Shown here piece after piece: positions 26,724-40,383 of a DNA stretch of 64,000 bases. Below the pieces are notes generated by a model. The model did no database searches. It was not told the DNA's origin and worked only from the letters and a program-made list of their open reading frames with translations. Source of the stretch: Octopus vulgaris (lineage: Eukaryota); the NCBI GenBank assembly GCA_951406725.2, contig OX597826.1, positions 12,090,001-12,154,000 on the forward strand, in the 5' to 3' direction. The translations under genes were made by a program, and so were the position numbers. Every line of letters begins with the position of its first letter. Within the stretch, counting starts at the first letter, position 1.

Positions 26724-26860
26724 GACGGGCTTCTTTCAGTTTCCATCTACCAAATCCACTCACAAGGCTTTGGTCGGCCCGAGGCTATAGTAGAAGACAC
26801 TTGCCCAAGGTGCCACGCAGTGGGACTGAACCCGGAACCATGTGGTTGGTAGACAAGCTA
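26455..26860 (-). mobile_element. SINE family A
   Basis: Reverse complement of consensus, head truncated. Confidence 0.9.
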
Positions 26861-27616
26861 CATATAAAGGAGGGAGTAAGATCTAAAAAAATGTTACCTC
26901 GGGTTTCATTAGTAACCCAAAAATTCATTAAGGCCACGCGGAACTCATTTGAGTCAGTGTATGAGTATGCATGCGTTTGCGAGTGGCCTGTAGTTATTGA
27001 TATGTTTGTTGGTCTGTAATTTGAATCCTCTGTTAAGTTGTCATGAAGAAGATCAATAATCCGATGCATTCCAGCCGTAACCATTCCCTATGTTCCCCAG
27101 TCCCAGGTTCACATATCTGAATGTGTAATTTTCTGACTGTATGGTGTGATTAGAGGGAGATATGGCAGCTATTTATGCAAATGGAAAAATATTTTACAAA
27201 CTCCCATTTAGCTTGGACTCCTTATTCAGCTTGTTATCTATCTCTAAGTGTAAAGAGTAAACAGTTGAGTGATATAAATAGTTATGCATTGCGTTGTGTA
27301 TACATATGCACATGTGTGTGCTTGAACACACGTCTCGGAGGTGTGATGCACTGAACTTGCAATTTTCCTTTTCTCCCATTTCTTCATCGATTCTCTTTAT
27401 CAACCGCTAAATTCTCTCACCTGAAAGGCATAATGCACATAATTTATCTATTTTTTTCCCCTCATAACCATTTATTTTCTTTCCCCATCGTCTCTCCTTC
27501 CTTTATCTCTTCAGTTGCACATTTGTGTTCTTTTCGATCCGCTTACTGTGGAAACACAAACTCACACGGATACAGCTACCTATGTATGCATGTATATATA
27601 TATATAGATATATATA

Positions 27617-27705
<89 letters not shown>

Positions 27706-27765
27706 ATGTATGTGTGTGTATGAGTGTGTGCATAGGAAACTATCGGTTGCCTTTTACTTATTTCA

Positions 27766-27811
<46 letters not shown>

Positions 27812-28093
27812 GATTCAGCTGAATTAGGCTCTTAAATTGAGGCACCTTGTTACGTCGGAATAATATGCACATCCAAACAATATCAATTGAATATCAACCT
27901 CTGTGCGGATGTGTTTGCACTTGATATTATTGCAGTGTATGCTGATAAGACGACCCAAATTATTGAAGAGACCCGAGAGACCCGCTCATGGTTTTGCAGA
28001 CATGCATTGTTATTTAAAAATACTTTCTCTAATATTTTCGAAGTGCAGATTCAAGGGTAGGTGAATAAAATATAAATGATGTACAAAGATGTA

Positions 28094-28478
28094 CAGGTGT
28101 CAATTCATTACGGCCGTTTCAAGCGACTCCTTTAATTGGTTAATGAAAGCATTACATCATTGCAAAGAAACCATTTTCGTCATAAAATTGCAAAAACTTC
28201 TAACACAAAGGACCAAGCAACTGCTTTCGCATATTCATATCATCAACTGGAGCCTATAGGCTATTTTCTAAGCTCACTTTGCCAAAGAAACAGCAGCAGA
28301 ACCAATATAAATATTTGAACCCAAATTAGTGATATGAATATGGGAAAACAGTTGGTGGGTCCTTTGTGTTTGAACTCTATGCAATCATCTGACAAAAGTG
28401 GCTTCTTTGTAATGGTGTAATGTTTTCATTAATCACTTAAAGGAGTCACTAGAAACGGCCTTAATGAATTGAGACCGG
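28094..28478. mobile_element. Tc1/mariner-type MITE with ~90 bp TIRs
   Basis: TA|CAGGTGTCAATTCATTACGGCCGTTTC ... GAAACGGCCTTAATGAATTGAGACCGG|TA. Confidence 0.8.
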
Positions 28479-28509
28479 TACAATTTTGTTATTCATTGTT
28501 ACTCTTTGT

Positions 28510-28565
<56 letters not shown>

Positions 28566-28568
<3 letters not shown>

Positions 28569-28700
28569 ACTTGCAGCGTGGAAGGTGTCTATAAGCCATT
28601 AAATTCACTTCAAAATTTGAGTCAAAATATTTTCGTCGCTTTGAATCCGCGTCCTGTTCACTGACAAAACTTCGTGCTGCATCTGAGAAAGTAACAATTA
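28566..28700 (-). mobile_element. single-arm relative of 3826-4106 with G3-C8 HHR at 28621-28665
   Basis: Minus GTCA-GTGAACA-G-GACGC/GGATTCAAA/GCGAC-GAAA-ATAT-TT-TGAC; abuts (TA)n. Confidence 0.75.
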
Positions 28701-28967
28701 GTTCATGGTATTATGTATGTATGTATGTATGTAGACGTGTCTGCGTGTGTGTATGTGTAAGTGCATGTAAGCGTATGTTTACGTACTAATAGGTGTGTCT
28801 GTTCAAGTTCGTCTGAAGGGAAACAGTTTTTGTATTTGGATGATATAACGCTTTCGTTTATCAATAAAGAACACGTCTGAAATAGCTGTAGTGAACTTTA
28901 CCCCATCTGTGTTCTTGTTTTAACACATGCATACGCACAGGCACGCACACACACACACACACACACA

Positions 28968-29002
<35 letters not shown>

Positions 29003-29046
29003 CAATTTATTACTTTCAACAAATCATGCTCTCTACCAGCTATACC

Positions 29047-29280
29047 TATTTCTTTACTACCCACAAGGGGCTAAACACAGAGAGGACAAACAAAGACAGA
29101 CACACGGATTAAGTCTATTATATCGACCCCAGTGCGTAACTGGTGCTTAATTTATCGACCCCGAAAGGATGAAAGGCAAAGTCGACCTCGGCGGAATTTG
29201 AACTCAGAACGTAACGGCAGACGAAATACCGCTACGCATTTCGCCCGGTGTGCTAACATTTCTGCCAGCTCGCCGCCTGA
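29047..29280 (-). mobile_element. SINE family B
   Basis: Full copy; TSD GCTATACC at 29039/29283. Confidence 0.9.
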
Positions 29281-31115
29281 ACGCTATACCACCATGAACT
29301 TGCCGCAAGTGTACGACTCTAAGTCCACCTTTCATAAACATAGACTTATACGTACTAATATAACGAACATTTACCTGTTCGTTCCTCTTTCTAGAAAAAC
29401 ACTTCAAATCTCCCTTTATTTTCTTAACAAAAGAAATATGGGACGGTGTTCTTTTAGTTACGCTGTATTTGCAAAAAATAAGAAAAAAAAGAGAAACCCA
29501 ACAAAAGACGTGAAAACATGTTGGTCATGGCTGGCATACTTTTGAGCATGAGTTACTGGACCAACTTTTGTCTTATAATGAAGAGTGATAAACTGCTACG
29601 AGTAACATTAACGACGGCAGCCTCCTATTGCTTCTAACGAATCATTCGCATCATCTTGTCGTGATTATGATCATAATTGTCAGCGCAACCAATATTGCCT
29701 ACGTCTACCGCTGACACCACCAGCGGTGATAATATCATCTACTCATCGCCATGGACAACATGTTCATCATTTTCATCACCATAACATCTATCAACAACAA
29801 CAATAACAAAAAAAGAAAAAGCAGATACAAAGCTCTGTTACTACTTCAGTGCTAACGACTACTACATCACTACTTTCAACAATATCTCAGTCACCACTAC
29901 TTTAACATACACGACCTGCACCAACACAGCCAGCACTACTACAACCACAACCGATACCACCCACACCAACATTACCACCACCACCACCATTTCTGCTTCT
30001 AATAAAGATTTGATTACCATCGCTAATGCCATAACTACTAACAACACCAACAAAAACAAGACCGACAGCATCATTGTCACCGCCACCACCACTACCACTA
30101 CCAACATCACGATGATTGCAATATCGACCGCCATTTTCTAAAACTAATATGAAAGCCACCAACATCGCAACCGTATCCCTCACCATCCCCTCCACTAAAA
30201 CCAAGAAGAGCAGCAACAACAATAACAAAACTATCATTTCTCATCACCGCCAGAGAAATAACTTTAGCTTCACTGTTTGAATTTTCAGATATTTTTAGCT
30301 ATCAATAAACGTTCTAACCGCCAGGCAATTAGATACATTATTTAGGGTTGTTTTCTATATAATAGGGGACATTTGCTCTGAATATTGATTTTTTCCCACA
30401 CCTTTAGCAAACTTTCAATAAAATCCTTGATTGCCATCAAGTGGCAAATTTTTGATTTTTCAGTAAACAAACGGAAGGCAATATTCCATACCATACTTCA
30501 GTTGGAATTTTCTATCGTTTAATTTTTTTTCTTTTCAACATAGTGCCTCCCTCCATTCCTTTTATCTCCCTTTCTTTCAATTTTTGGTTTCTCCAGTTTG
30601 GCATTCATTTTATTCTTTCTTTATTTTATTATGTAACAGCAACAAGAACAACAGCATCAGTAACAGCGATAATAATAACAGTATTAATAGTAACAATAAT
30701 AATTAGTAGTGGTAGAGGTGGTGATGGTTGTTGCTGTGGTGGAGGTTGAGATTATGGTGGTGGTAGTGGAGGTCGTTGTGGTGGTTGTTGTTGTGAGAGT
30801 AATAGTGGTGGGAGTAGTTATATGAATAGTGATAATAGTACTGTTTAGAAGGAAGAGTTGTGAAGAGGTTAACTTATTATCAAAGGTTTTTTTTTGTTCA
30901 AACTTGAAATACATTAGATTTAATCTGTACATCGTCTATGTAAATGTTTTAGAATATTTTCTTCACACTGTTTGGTTACGGAAATACATAATGGAATCAA
31001 TGGCCCTCATCCAGTAATCAGTATTTGATAACACCCCGTTGACAAATAGTGATTTCAGAAGATACGGCGGTAACAAGTTTAGAATACCAGAGGTGGTGGT
31101 AGAAGAGACAATATA

Positions 31116-31320
31116 TCAGGGAGTGCTGAAAAGTTTCTGACTTTATGGGTTTGGCGAAAGGCCTGGGTGGAGGCCCAACATTACAGGGCTTAGAAAAGTT
31201 GAAGGGCCGCTGCAATAAGTGTGTAAATATGAGAGGGGAGTATGTTGAATAAAGCCACAATTGACTGACCCACCTGTATTTACTTTTACACAAGGCCAGG
31301 AACTTTTCAGCAACCCTTCG
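31116..31320 (+). mobile_element. mariner deletion derivative
   Basis: TIRs GGAGTGCTGAAAAGTTTCTGAC / GCCAGGAACTTTTCAGCAACCCTTCG-TA; internal LEKLKGRCNKCVNMRGEYVE* matches the mariner C-terminus. Confidence 0.8.
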
Positions 31321-32174
31321 TAAAAACTGAATTAGACCTTTGAGGGTGTGGTGTGTGTAGCTTCACGAATCTATGACATTATTTGAGATGCAATTTCGGA
31401 ACTGTGCTTTTGTAGCGTAAACATTGTTATTGTTTCTTATAGAGAGCCATCATTTGGATACAAAATGTCTGACGCTCTTCCGGATGAAGAGCCATATGCA
31501 TTGCGACGGTGTTTTGGCACTACTATATACGCATGAGCATTCAAAGAAGGATCGCCAGACATTGTGACGCTTAACATTCGTTCATAATTACAATAGATGA
31601 GATATACGTCCGTTTAGATTATAACGGCTGTGATAAAATCTTTGTGTTGTTAAAAGTACCAGATTATCCTGTTTTAGTAAATGCGGTTCTTTCCACTGTG
31701 AAGCAAACATTTAGAAGCATCTGATACAAAACAGTATTCTTACGAAAATGATATGCTATACATAAATCATGAATTAGGTTGCCAGATACACAGACAAAGA
31801 CACATACACACACACATACACACACACACATATGCATAAGAAGCACTGACGTATATTTCTGGCTGTGGTTGATGTAGTGAATAACGAACAGCTTTTTTTT
31901 CTAAATAGATAAATCTCAGTAGAAAGTAAAATGTAACCTTGTGACATCTTGAGCTTCTTTCAAAAAGAAAACTTTCGATAATTTCATGGTATTTTAAAAA
32001 TTAATTTCACAGAAAATGATATTTTCAATGTTGGGAAAAAATTTATCATTGTTAATAGGACAAGTAACGGTAGGAACATGTTTCTGTCTTATTTGATCCC
32101 ATTAGTGTACGTTAGCCTAATAATGTATGATGCATACATACATACATACATATATATATATACATATATATATG

Positions 32175-32239
<65 letters not shown>

Positions 32240-32551
32240 AGTCTCAGTCTAAGAGCGAACTCACAATCTTGAATACTGCTTATATCATTTATGTCACTGT
32301 AACCACGACATAGAATAATAGAAACTTAATATAGAAGCATATAAAAAGTGGCTAATAGTGTAATGGAAACATAGAAGATGCATGATATTTTACTGGTTTG
32401 ACATGTGTCTCAATGTACGGTCAGAAATTTAACTGTTTCAATGAGAACATATCGCGTGCAAGCAATTTATTTTCGAAATACAAAAATCTGGTACAATCAA
32501 GGTTGTACGTAGACTTCTCTGATACACGCATACACACACAACACACAATTG

Positions 32552-32592
<41 letters not shown>

Positions 32593-32754
32593 CACACATG
32601 CACACACAAAGAATACACACACACAGAGAGAGAATACTCTCTTCTCTCCCGCTGTTTCTGCAACATTAACCCAAACGCTTATTCCATATGTAACTCTCCC
32701 GAATCTCATCAAACAGTAATACTCTCATATAGTATGTTTTATCTTCAACTATAT

Positions 32755-32938
32755 TTCTGTTTCTTTATTACCCACAAGGGGCTAAACAAAGAGGGAACAA
32801 ACAAGGACAGACGAACGGATTAAGTCGATTATATCGATCCCAGTGCGTAACTGGTAATTATTTAATCTACCCGAAAAGATGAAGAGCAAAGTCGACTTCG
32901 GCGGAATTTGCATTTAGAACGTAGCGACAGACGAAATC
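32755..32938 (-). mobile_element. SINE family B, 5' truncated
   Basis: Similarity to other copies. Confidence 0.85.
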
Positions 32939-33689
32939 CTCTTCTATATTTCCATCAAACCTTCAGATTATAAATACGAGTGGACAAACAAAAGAAGCAG
33001 GCACTCAACACAATTGGTGAGAGTTATCTCGCTTGAAAAGCTAGGTTCTTGTGACGAGCTTACGAAACCTTAAGTTTCACGAGGCCGAATCTCAGATCAA
33101 TAATTTCTAAGTATATCTTCCTCTTCGGAGAAACTAAAAATATAATAAGAAACACAGAAACATTTCTGAGTCAAATTTTATTCACTTGACGATAGTGTTA
33201 ATGTTAGTACTTGGTTCTTCATCTCTCACATTTTTCATCTAAAAAAAAAAATAAAAAATTAAAATAAATGGCTGCAAGCGATTAGTTCAATAGTTTGGAC
33301 ATTTATGTGCTCTCTCCGTATTTCTCTGTGAATCTTATCAGCTTGTCGTTGTCTGTCTTTCGTGCTTTCTCTCTAGCTTTCTCCTCGTTTAGTCTCAGAT
33401 TTTAAGACGAGATACCAAACAAGAAGCTTATATTTGAATTTGTTTATTTCTTTTAATACATTTCTAGTTTATTGTTGATGCTAGTATAAATAATTTCAGC
33501 AGCAGAGCGATTGTAGGGGATGGGGGTTGTTCCAGAAAGCGGTTTTAATTTGTTTAAATCCGACAATAATCGGTGAATAATAGCAACATTATACTTCCAT
33601 TGTTGTCTCTGGCGGATTGTTTAGCTATCTTGAACTGTGACAAGTTTTCTCGATGGGAACAGATATATAGTAAATAGTAATATATATTA

Positions 33690-34103
33690 GTCGTAGGAGT
33701 GGCTGTGTGGTGAGTAGCTTGCTTACCAACCACATGGTTCCGGGTTAAGTCCCACTGCGTGGCACCTTGGGCAGGTGTATTCTACTACAGCCTCGGGCTG
33801 ACCAAAGCCTTGTGAGGGCATTTGGTAGACGGAAACTGAAAGAAGCCCGTCGTATATATGTATATATATATGTATGTGTGTGTGTATATGTTTGTGTGGC
33901 TGTGTCCCCCCACTCAACATTGCTTGACAACTGATGCTGGTGTGTTTACGTCCTCGTAACTTAGCGGTTCGGCAAAAGAAACCGATAGAATAAGTACTAG
34001 GCTTACAAAGAATAAGTCCTGGGGTCGATTTGCTCGACTAAAGGCGGTGCTCCAACATGGCCACTGTCAAATGACTGAAACAAGTAAAAGAGTAAAAGAG
34101 TAA
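33690..34103 (+). mobile_element. SINE family A
   Basis: Full copy. Confidence 0.9.
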
Positions 34104-34180
34104 ACTGAAATTTAAATCCGTATATAATGGTAATGGTGGCAGCTGCTCTTCCAATTGAACCAAAGAACCTATGCTCCCAT

Positions 34181-34392
34181 TACTCTTTTACTCTTTTACT
34201 TGTTTCAGTCATTTGACTGCGGCCATGTTGGAGCACCGCCTTTAGTCGAGCAAATCGACCCCGGGACTTATTCTTTGTAAGCCCAGTACTTATTCTATCG
34301 GTCTCTTTTGCCGAACCGCTAAGTTACGGGGACGTAAACACACCAGCATCGGTTGTCAAGCAATGCTAAGGGACAAACACAGACACACACAG

Positions 34393-34425
<33 letters not shown>

Positions 34426-34594
34426 CATATACGACAAGCTTCTTTCAGTTTCCGTCTACCAAATCCACCCAGAAAGCTTTGGTCGGCCCGAGGCTATAGT
34501 AGAATACACTTGCCCAAGATGCCACGCAGTGGGACTGAACCCGGAACCATGTGGCTGGTTAGCAAGCTACTTACCACACAGCCACTCCTGCGCC
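34181..34594 (-). mobile_element. SINE family A
   Basis: Full copy, inverted relative to its neighbour. Confidence 0.9.
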
Positions 34595-35424
34595 TGTTTA
34601 TTTTTTTTCTTCTTGCGTTGCTAGTAATACCTATGTGCCGTAATTCCTACCAGAAGTATCACCGTTTCTTCGGTGACGGGGCGGGATAAGAACTCAGAAT
34701 GAGCAGAGCCAGAACAGATACGACAATGAATCCCTTACAACATTCTACTAATTCTGGCAATCCTCTGCCCTAGATAGGTACTTTTTATCGACTTCAAAAA
34801 ATAAAGTTGACCTACATGGAATTCGAACTCAAATCCCAAAGTGTCGGAACAATTACTGCGTGACATCATTTTTTCTAACACACTAAAGACTCCAGCAATT
34901 CGCTACACATATAATATATGTCGGATTTAGGTTAAATGACAACTACTTTAAGGGGAGAGGACTTGTCGATATCATCAAACCCAGTACTAAGCAGGTGGTA
35001 TATTTCATCGACTTCGAGGGATCAAAGGTAAGGTTAACCATGGCGCGATTTGATCTCAGCATATAAGGAGCTGACAGAGGTACCATCAAGAAATTTTCCG
35101 TTCTTCTAACTATTCTACTGCCTATAGAATGATCTGAGCTATATTTTCAATTGTTTTGTCTTCTTATATGTTATTACAAACACTTGGCTAATTAGATTGA
35201 GATTGGTGAAGCAATTACAGGCTATTGAAGGAGGTTAAGAGTTTAAAAAATTCCAATCTTCCTCTCCGCACCGATGTGGTTAATATTTCCTTTGAAACGT
35301 TGTAATATTTCCTTTGAAACGCTGCAAAGAAATTGTTAGATGAGAGAAAAATCTGGAAAGCTGACTTTCTGTGGAGGTTTGGTTAGAACTTGTTAGTGGA
35401 GAAGGTAAAACAATATTAGTAGTT

Positions 35425-35595
35425 TCAAATTTTGGCACAAGACCAGCAAGTTTTGGAGGAAGAAATAAGTCGATTACATCGATCCCAGTGCTCCACTGGT
35501 CACATATTTTATCGATAGCGAAAGGATGAAAGTCAAAGGAATTTGAGCTGAGAACGTAAGCACGGAAGAAATGCTGCTAAGCATTTCGTCCGGCA
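35425..35595 (-). mobile_element. SINE family B, diverged
   Basis: AAGTCGATTACATCGATCCCAGT...GAAAGGATGAAAG. Confidence 0.65.
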
Positions 35596-35642
35596 AGAAA
35601 TGAATATATCAGTGTGTGTGTGTATATATAACGAACGAAGCG

Positions 35643-35678
<36 letters not shown>

Positions 35679-35915
35679 CGAACGAAGCGCTAATAAAGGA
35701 TTATCCAAAATACTGACTGCCTTCTTTTTCTCAATATACAATATCTGTTTGGTAAGAAGCTTGCTTCCCAGCGATACGGTTCCGGGTTCAGTCCCAGTGC
35801 GTGTCACCTTAAGCAAGTGCCTTCTACTATAGCCACGAGCTGACCAAATATTTCTTTCCAATCTATAATTAAAATCACGTAATCATGCACACAAGCGTAT
35901 ACACACACAGATATG

Positions 35916-35971
<56 letters not shown>

Positions 35972-37801
35972 CTTCGGTGCGTGATTGTGTGACTTTAAAT
36001 TATAGATTGGAAAGGAATGTATTTTGCATATAGACAGACAGATAGCCAGTTTGTTAGATAGATAGAAAGACAGATATAAATCATAATGGACTCTAGACAT
36101 TATATCATTCACCAAAGAAAACCCCAATTTTGGATATAGAAAAATTGTAAACAGTAAGAAATTAGATTAGCAGTTTCCTGAGATTTCGTCCTATATCTCC
36201 CTGCGATAATATTGATTTCTCACTTGGTATAATACAAAAACTCATAGAGACAGTAAAATCAATTAAATCACCTTTGGTCAAGCGTAGTTATTTTATCAAT
36301 ACTTCTTGAACGAAAGAGTAAATCTACCCTGGTGGAATGTGATGTAGAAGCGGAAGACGTATGAAATTAACACCAGTCAGATGTATGGACGTCTGATGTT
36401 AAATAATTTTTTTCCATATAAATCTAAATATCACTGACTTGCGTCACGTGTACCCTGTTGTTAATTATCAATGCCATGTTGGAAACTATGCATTTCTTGA
36501 GGAACTTTTGCATTCTTGAAATCAGGTCACTTGTGAAAAACATCCCAGCAATTATCATTTTCAAATTAGTTGTTTTATAAAAAATATTTTTAGCATCTAC
36601 TCTTGTCGAATGTCCGTACGTTTAGTTAAATTTTCTAAACTTAGAAGTTATCTGTTGTCACTAAATATTATCTGAAATATGCCCATTTGTGCAATTTGAA
36701 TTAATTCCAATTTTTTTCTTTGATATTACAAACCGAAATCTAAAATAGAGTTCCATAAATCGCTCTTCCCATTCGAATTCACAAATGACTGTTCCATATA
36801 ATGTGTTCAACTATTTGTGTTCAATTAATCTTTAGTAGTTGGCTAAACTGGGACAAACCCGACCTCACAGTGGCAAATATTTGGGATATATTCCACATGC
36901 CAGCATAAAATCCATTCATTTATGACACCTCACGATTTACTGCAATTTATCATAATTGTTGCATGTCAATGTGACGATAACTCAACTCAATAATTCCTTT
37001 TAATACTTATTTCCAAATGCAATTTTCTGAGCTAATATGATTACCGGTTATTGATCTATTAAAGAAGTAAATGTGTATCGGAAGCGAATCAAACAATCAT
37101 CGATATCTTGTTCTAATTAATAATAATGTAATTATCAAATATAGATGAAAAAAAAAAAAAGCTAATTTCTTCAGTGAAAATAATTCACAATTAAGAGGAG
37201 TGGCTTATTTTGATGAAGTAATATCGACACTTTATTGGTGAGGAATTTCGTTTTTATTAAGACTTGAGGCAATTCTTCGGAAATTGGATAAATAAAATAA
37301 GACAAATAATTGCTGAATTTTATGAGGTTTGGCAGATAATTATTGATAGCACTGGAGTTTTTGCATATCCATTATCATGCATACTTCAACATTTGATAAT
37401 ATAGCATCATATCATTGTATGATATGAATTTTATAGCTTTAATTTATTTGGCTTCTTTCTGAATTTCCATTTCTCATTCTCTCTACATAAAACAAACGAA
37501 TGATTAATAAAAGCGCATTGACATACATAAGACCACACATATACACACATTCAACACAACCGTATAAAGGCAAATACGTAAATAAATGCTTATGTATGCT
37601 TGTGTGTGTATGTATATGTGTGTGTGTGGAATCGTGTAAACATAATTGTGAGTAGCATGTAAGCCTGTGCATATGCAATCTGTTACACACAAACGCATGC
37701 ACCCACGCACAGGCACACACTCACACATGCAAGTACGCATACACAGTCACATATATTTTTATATAGATGAATGGGGAATATATATATATATATACATACA
37801 T

Positions 37802-37964
37802 AGGCGCAGGCGTGGATGTGTGGTAAGAAGCTTGCTTCCGAACCACATGGTTACGGGTTCGGTCCCACTGCGTGGCAGCTTGGGCAAGTGTCTTCTAATA
37901 TAGCTTCGAACTGACCAAAGCCTTGTTAGTGGATTTGGTAGACGGAAGCTGAAAGGAACCCTTC

Positions 37965-38008
<44 letters not shown>

Positions 38009-38222
38009 ATATATGTATGTGTGTGTGTATTATGTGTGTGTGTCTTTCTGTCTATATTTGTCCTCCCATCACCGCTTGACAATGTAGCAGTTCAGCAATA
38101 CAAATCGATAGAATAAGTACTTGGCTGAAAGTAAGTCGTAGGGTCGATTTGTTCGACTAAAACCCCTCAAGGCGGTGATGTAGTATGTCTGAAGTAAAAT
38201 AACTAAAACAAGTAAAAGAATA
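37802..38222 (+). mobile_element. SINE family A, diverged
   Basis: Head, core and tail recognisable. Confidence 0.8.
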
Positions 38223-38224
38223 AA

Positions 38225-38264
<40 letters not shown>

Positions 38265-38270
<6 letters not shown>

Positions 38271-38885
38271 ATGGAAGAAATGGAGTTGAACGAAGATTGT
38301 ACAGAATTCCTTTTATTACATGTTCTACACATGTTTCAAAGGCCACAAATTTCCAAATTCTTATTAAATAAGGGTACCATATTGTGGCTTTCTCTTCAGG
38401 AAAAAAACAGAATTCCGTTGACAGAACAAAACAAAACAGAGGCGCAGCAACGCAATTCGAACGAGGACGCTCCTTAAGAGCCCATGGCTGAACCCATGAG
38501 TTCAGCCATGGGCTCTTAAGGAGCGTCCTCGTTCGAATTGCGTTGCTGCGCCTCTGTTTTGTTTTGTTCTGTCAACGGAATTCCTGTTTTTTCCTGAAGA
38601 GAAAGCCACAATATGGTACCCTTATTTAATAAGAATTTGGAAATTTGTGGCCTTTGAAACATGTGTAGAATGTAATAAAAGGAATTCTGTACAATCTTCG
38701 TTCAACTCCATTTCTTCCATTCACTAATAATATTAAACTTCAATTATCCGCACCAACGCGCGGTTGCAACACCAAATGGTCTTATCTCCAACCGTGCTTT
38801 TTTCTGCTGTGATTTTTGCTACCCAGGTATCGGTTAAACTTTTGAATAATCTGTAACAAGAAAATTCATCTTTCTATTTCAACAA
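38265..38885. mobile_element. young spacer-less fold-back PLE-like element in (TA)n
   Basis: ~460 bp near-perfect palindrome 38265-38726 centred at 38496/7; tail to 38885. Confidence 0.9.
38591..38670 (+). ncRNA. hammerhead motif with extended stem II
   Basis: TTC-CTGAAGA-GAAAGCCACAA...TTGTGGCCTTT-GAAA-CATGTG-TA-GAA; mirror copy on minus at ~38323-38402. Confidence 0.65.
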
Positions 38886-38902
38886 ATATATATATATATA
38901 TA

Positions 38903-39395
38903 TAAAAACATGATGCGAAGGATTCAGCGGTACATATGTTTCGGGCCTTTATTAGACAGATTTATAACAATGCATAATGTATGTCTGTGGCCTTCTTCAG
39001 CCGCGCACAACAGCTTCCACAAGGACATGTGTTACATCAAAAATTCTTGGTTGGGGATGCAAATCCTCTCATTCGCGTACGACATAATGCGGCAGCGGCA
39101 TAGAATTGAAGCGTCCATCTCTTTCTCTCATTCGCGTACGACATAATGCGGCAGCGGCATAGAATTGAAGCGTCCATCTCTTTTCTTATAAGAAAGAGAT
39201 GGACGCTTCAATATATATAAGAATGAAAATTGTTGTGCGCGGCTGAAGAAGGCCACAGACATACATTATGCATTGTTATAAATCTGTCTAATAAAGGCCC
39301 GAAACATATGTACCGCTGAATCCTTCGCATCATGTTTTTATTTTATTTTGATCAATTTACTCCACCACCTACACCACCAAACGGTATACACAGGT
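38903..39395. mobile_element. fold-back PLE-like element in (TA)n
   Basis: Arms ~38903-39012/39231-39341, rearranged spacer, tail to ~39395. Confidence 0.9.
39239..39316 (+). ncRNA. type-I hammerhead ribozyme, canonical core, extended stem II
   Basis: GCGG-CTGAAGA-AGGCCACAGA...TCTGTCTAATAAAGGCCC-GAAA-CATATG-TA-CCGC; mirror copy on minus at 38927-39004. Confidence 0.8.
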
Positions 39396-40150
39396 ATATA
39401 TATATATATATATATATATTTTTATATATATATATATATATTTATATATTAGGGTGGGGTTGAAATTATATATTCTGATTCCACATTTTGCTTTGTGTTC
39501 ATTTTGGTGTAAGAAATAAATTAGCAAGTTTTAAAAAAGTATTCGACCTGCCCCACGCATAGCCACCCCACTAATTCTACGTTTTGAATACTGTAAAGGC
39601 AAGGAGACTGTAAACTTATTTTGTTTTTGGTTAAATATTACCTATATAACATTTTATAAATTATATGCAACCCCTCACCACCACCTGAAATAAATTAGTT
39701 TTTGTAATTTATATTTATTTATATAGTTTGCAGAAATTTTGTTTTATAAAAAGTAGCCTATATCCAGAAAAAATGTCAATTCTTAATGTCTTATGACATG
39801 CAATAAAAAAAAAACTATGCACGAACCTCAAACGAAATACATGAATAGTGAACACCATAAAATATGCATTAATAGTATATACTATTTAATTAAATGACCA
39901 TTGGCTTTTCCAGTCAAAGTGGAGTAAAATTTGTCTTGATTTCTGCACATTTAATATGAATCTTTGTCTATTTTCGTAGCCTATTCTAGCTTCAGTTGTT
40001 TTGTCACTAACTTGATAGTATGGCAGTCAGAGCTTTTTATTTGTTTGTCATAACAAGTACAGGTATATATATATGAAGCATTTCATTGAACTCCTCTAAT
40101 TTCTTATCAAAGCTATCTCCTCTGAGCTTGATAGGTATTTTGTTTAATTT

Positions 40151-40383
40151 AAGGCGGCGAGCTGGTAGAAACGTTAGCACGTCGGGCGAAATGCGTAGCC
40201 GTATTTCGTCTGCCGCTACGTTCTGGGTTCAAATTCCGTCGAGGTCGACTTTGCCTTTCATCCTTTCGTGGTCGATTAAATAAGTACCAGTTACGCACTG
40301 GGGTTGATATAATCGACTTAATCCGTTTATCTGTCCTTGTTCGTCCGCTCTGTCTTTAGCCCCTTGTGGGTAGTAAAGAAATA
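40151..40383 (+). mobile_element. SINE family B with 21 bp TSD
   Basis: TSD ATAGGTATTTTGTTTAATTTA at 40131/40381. Confidence 0.9.
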
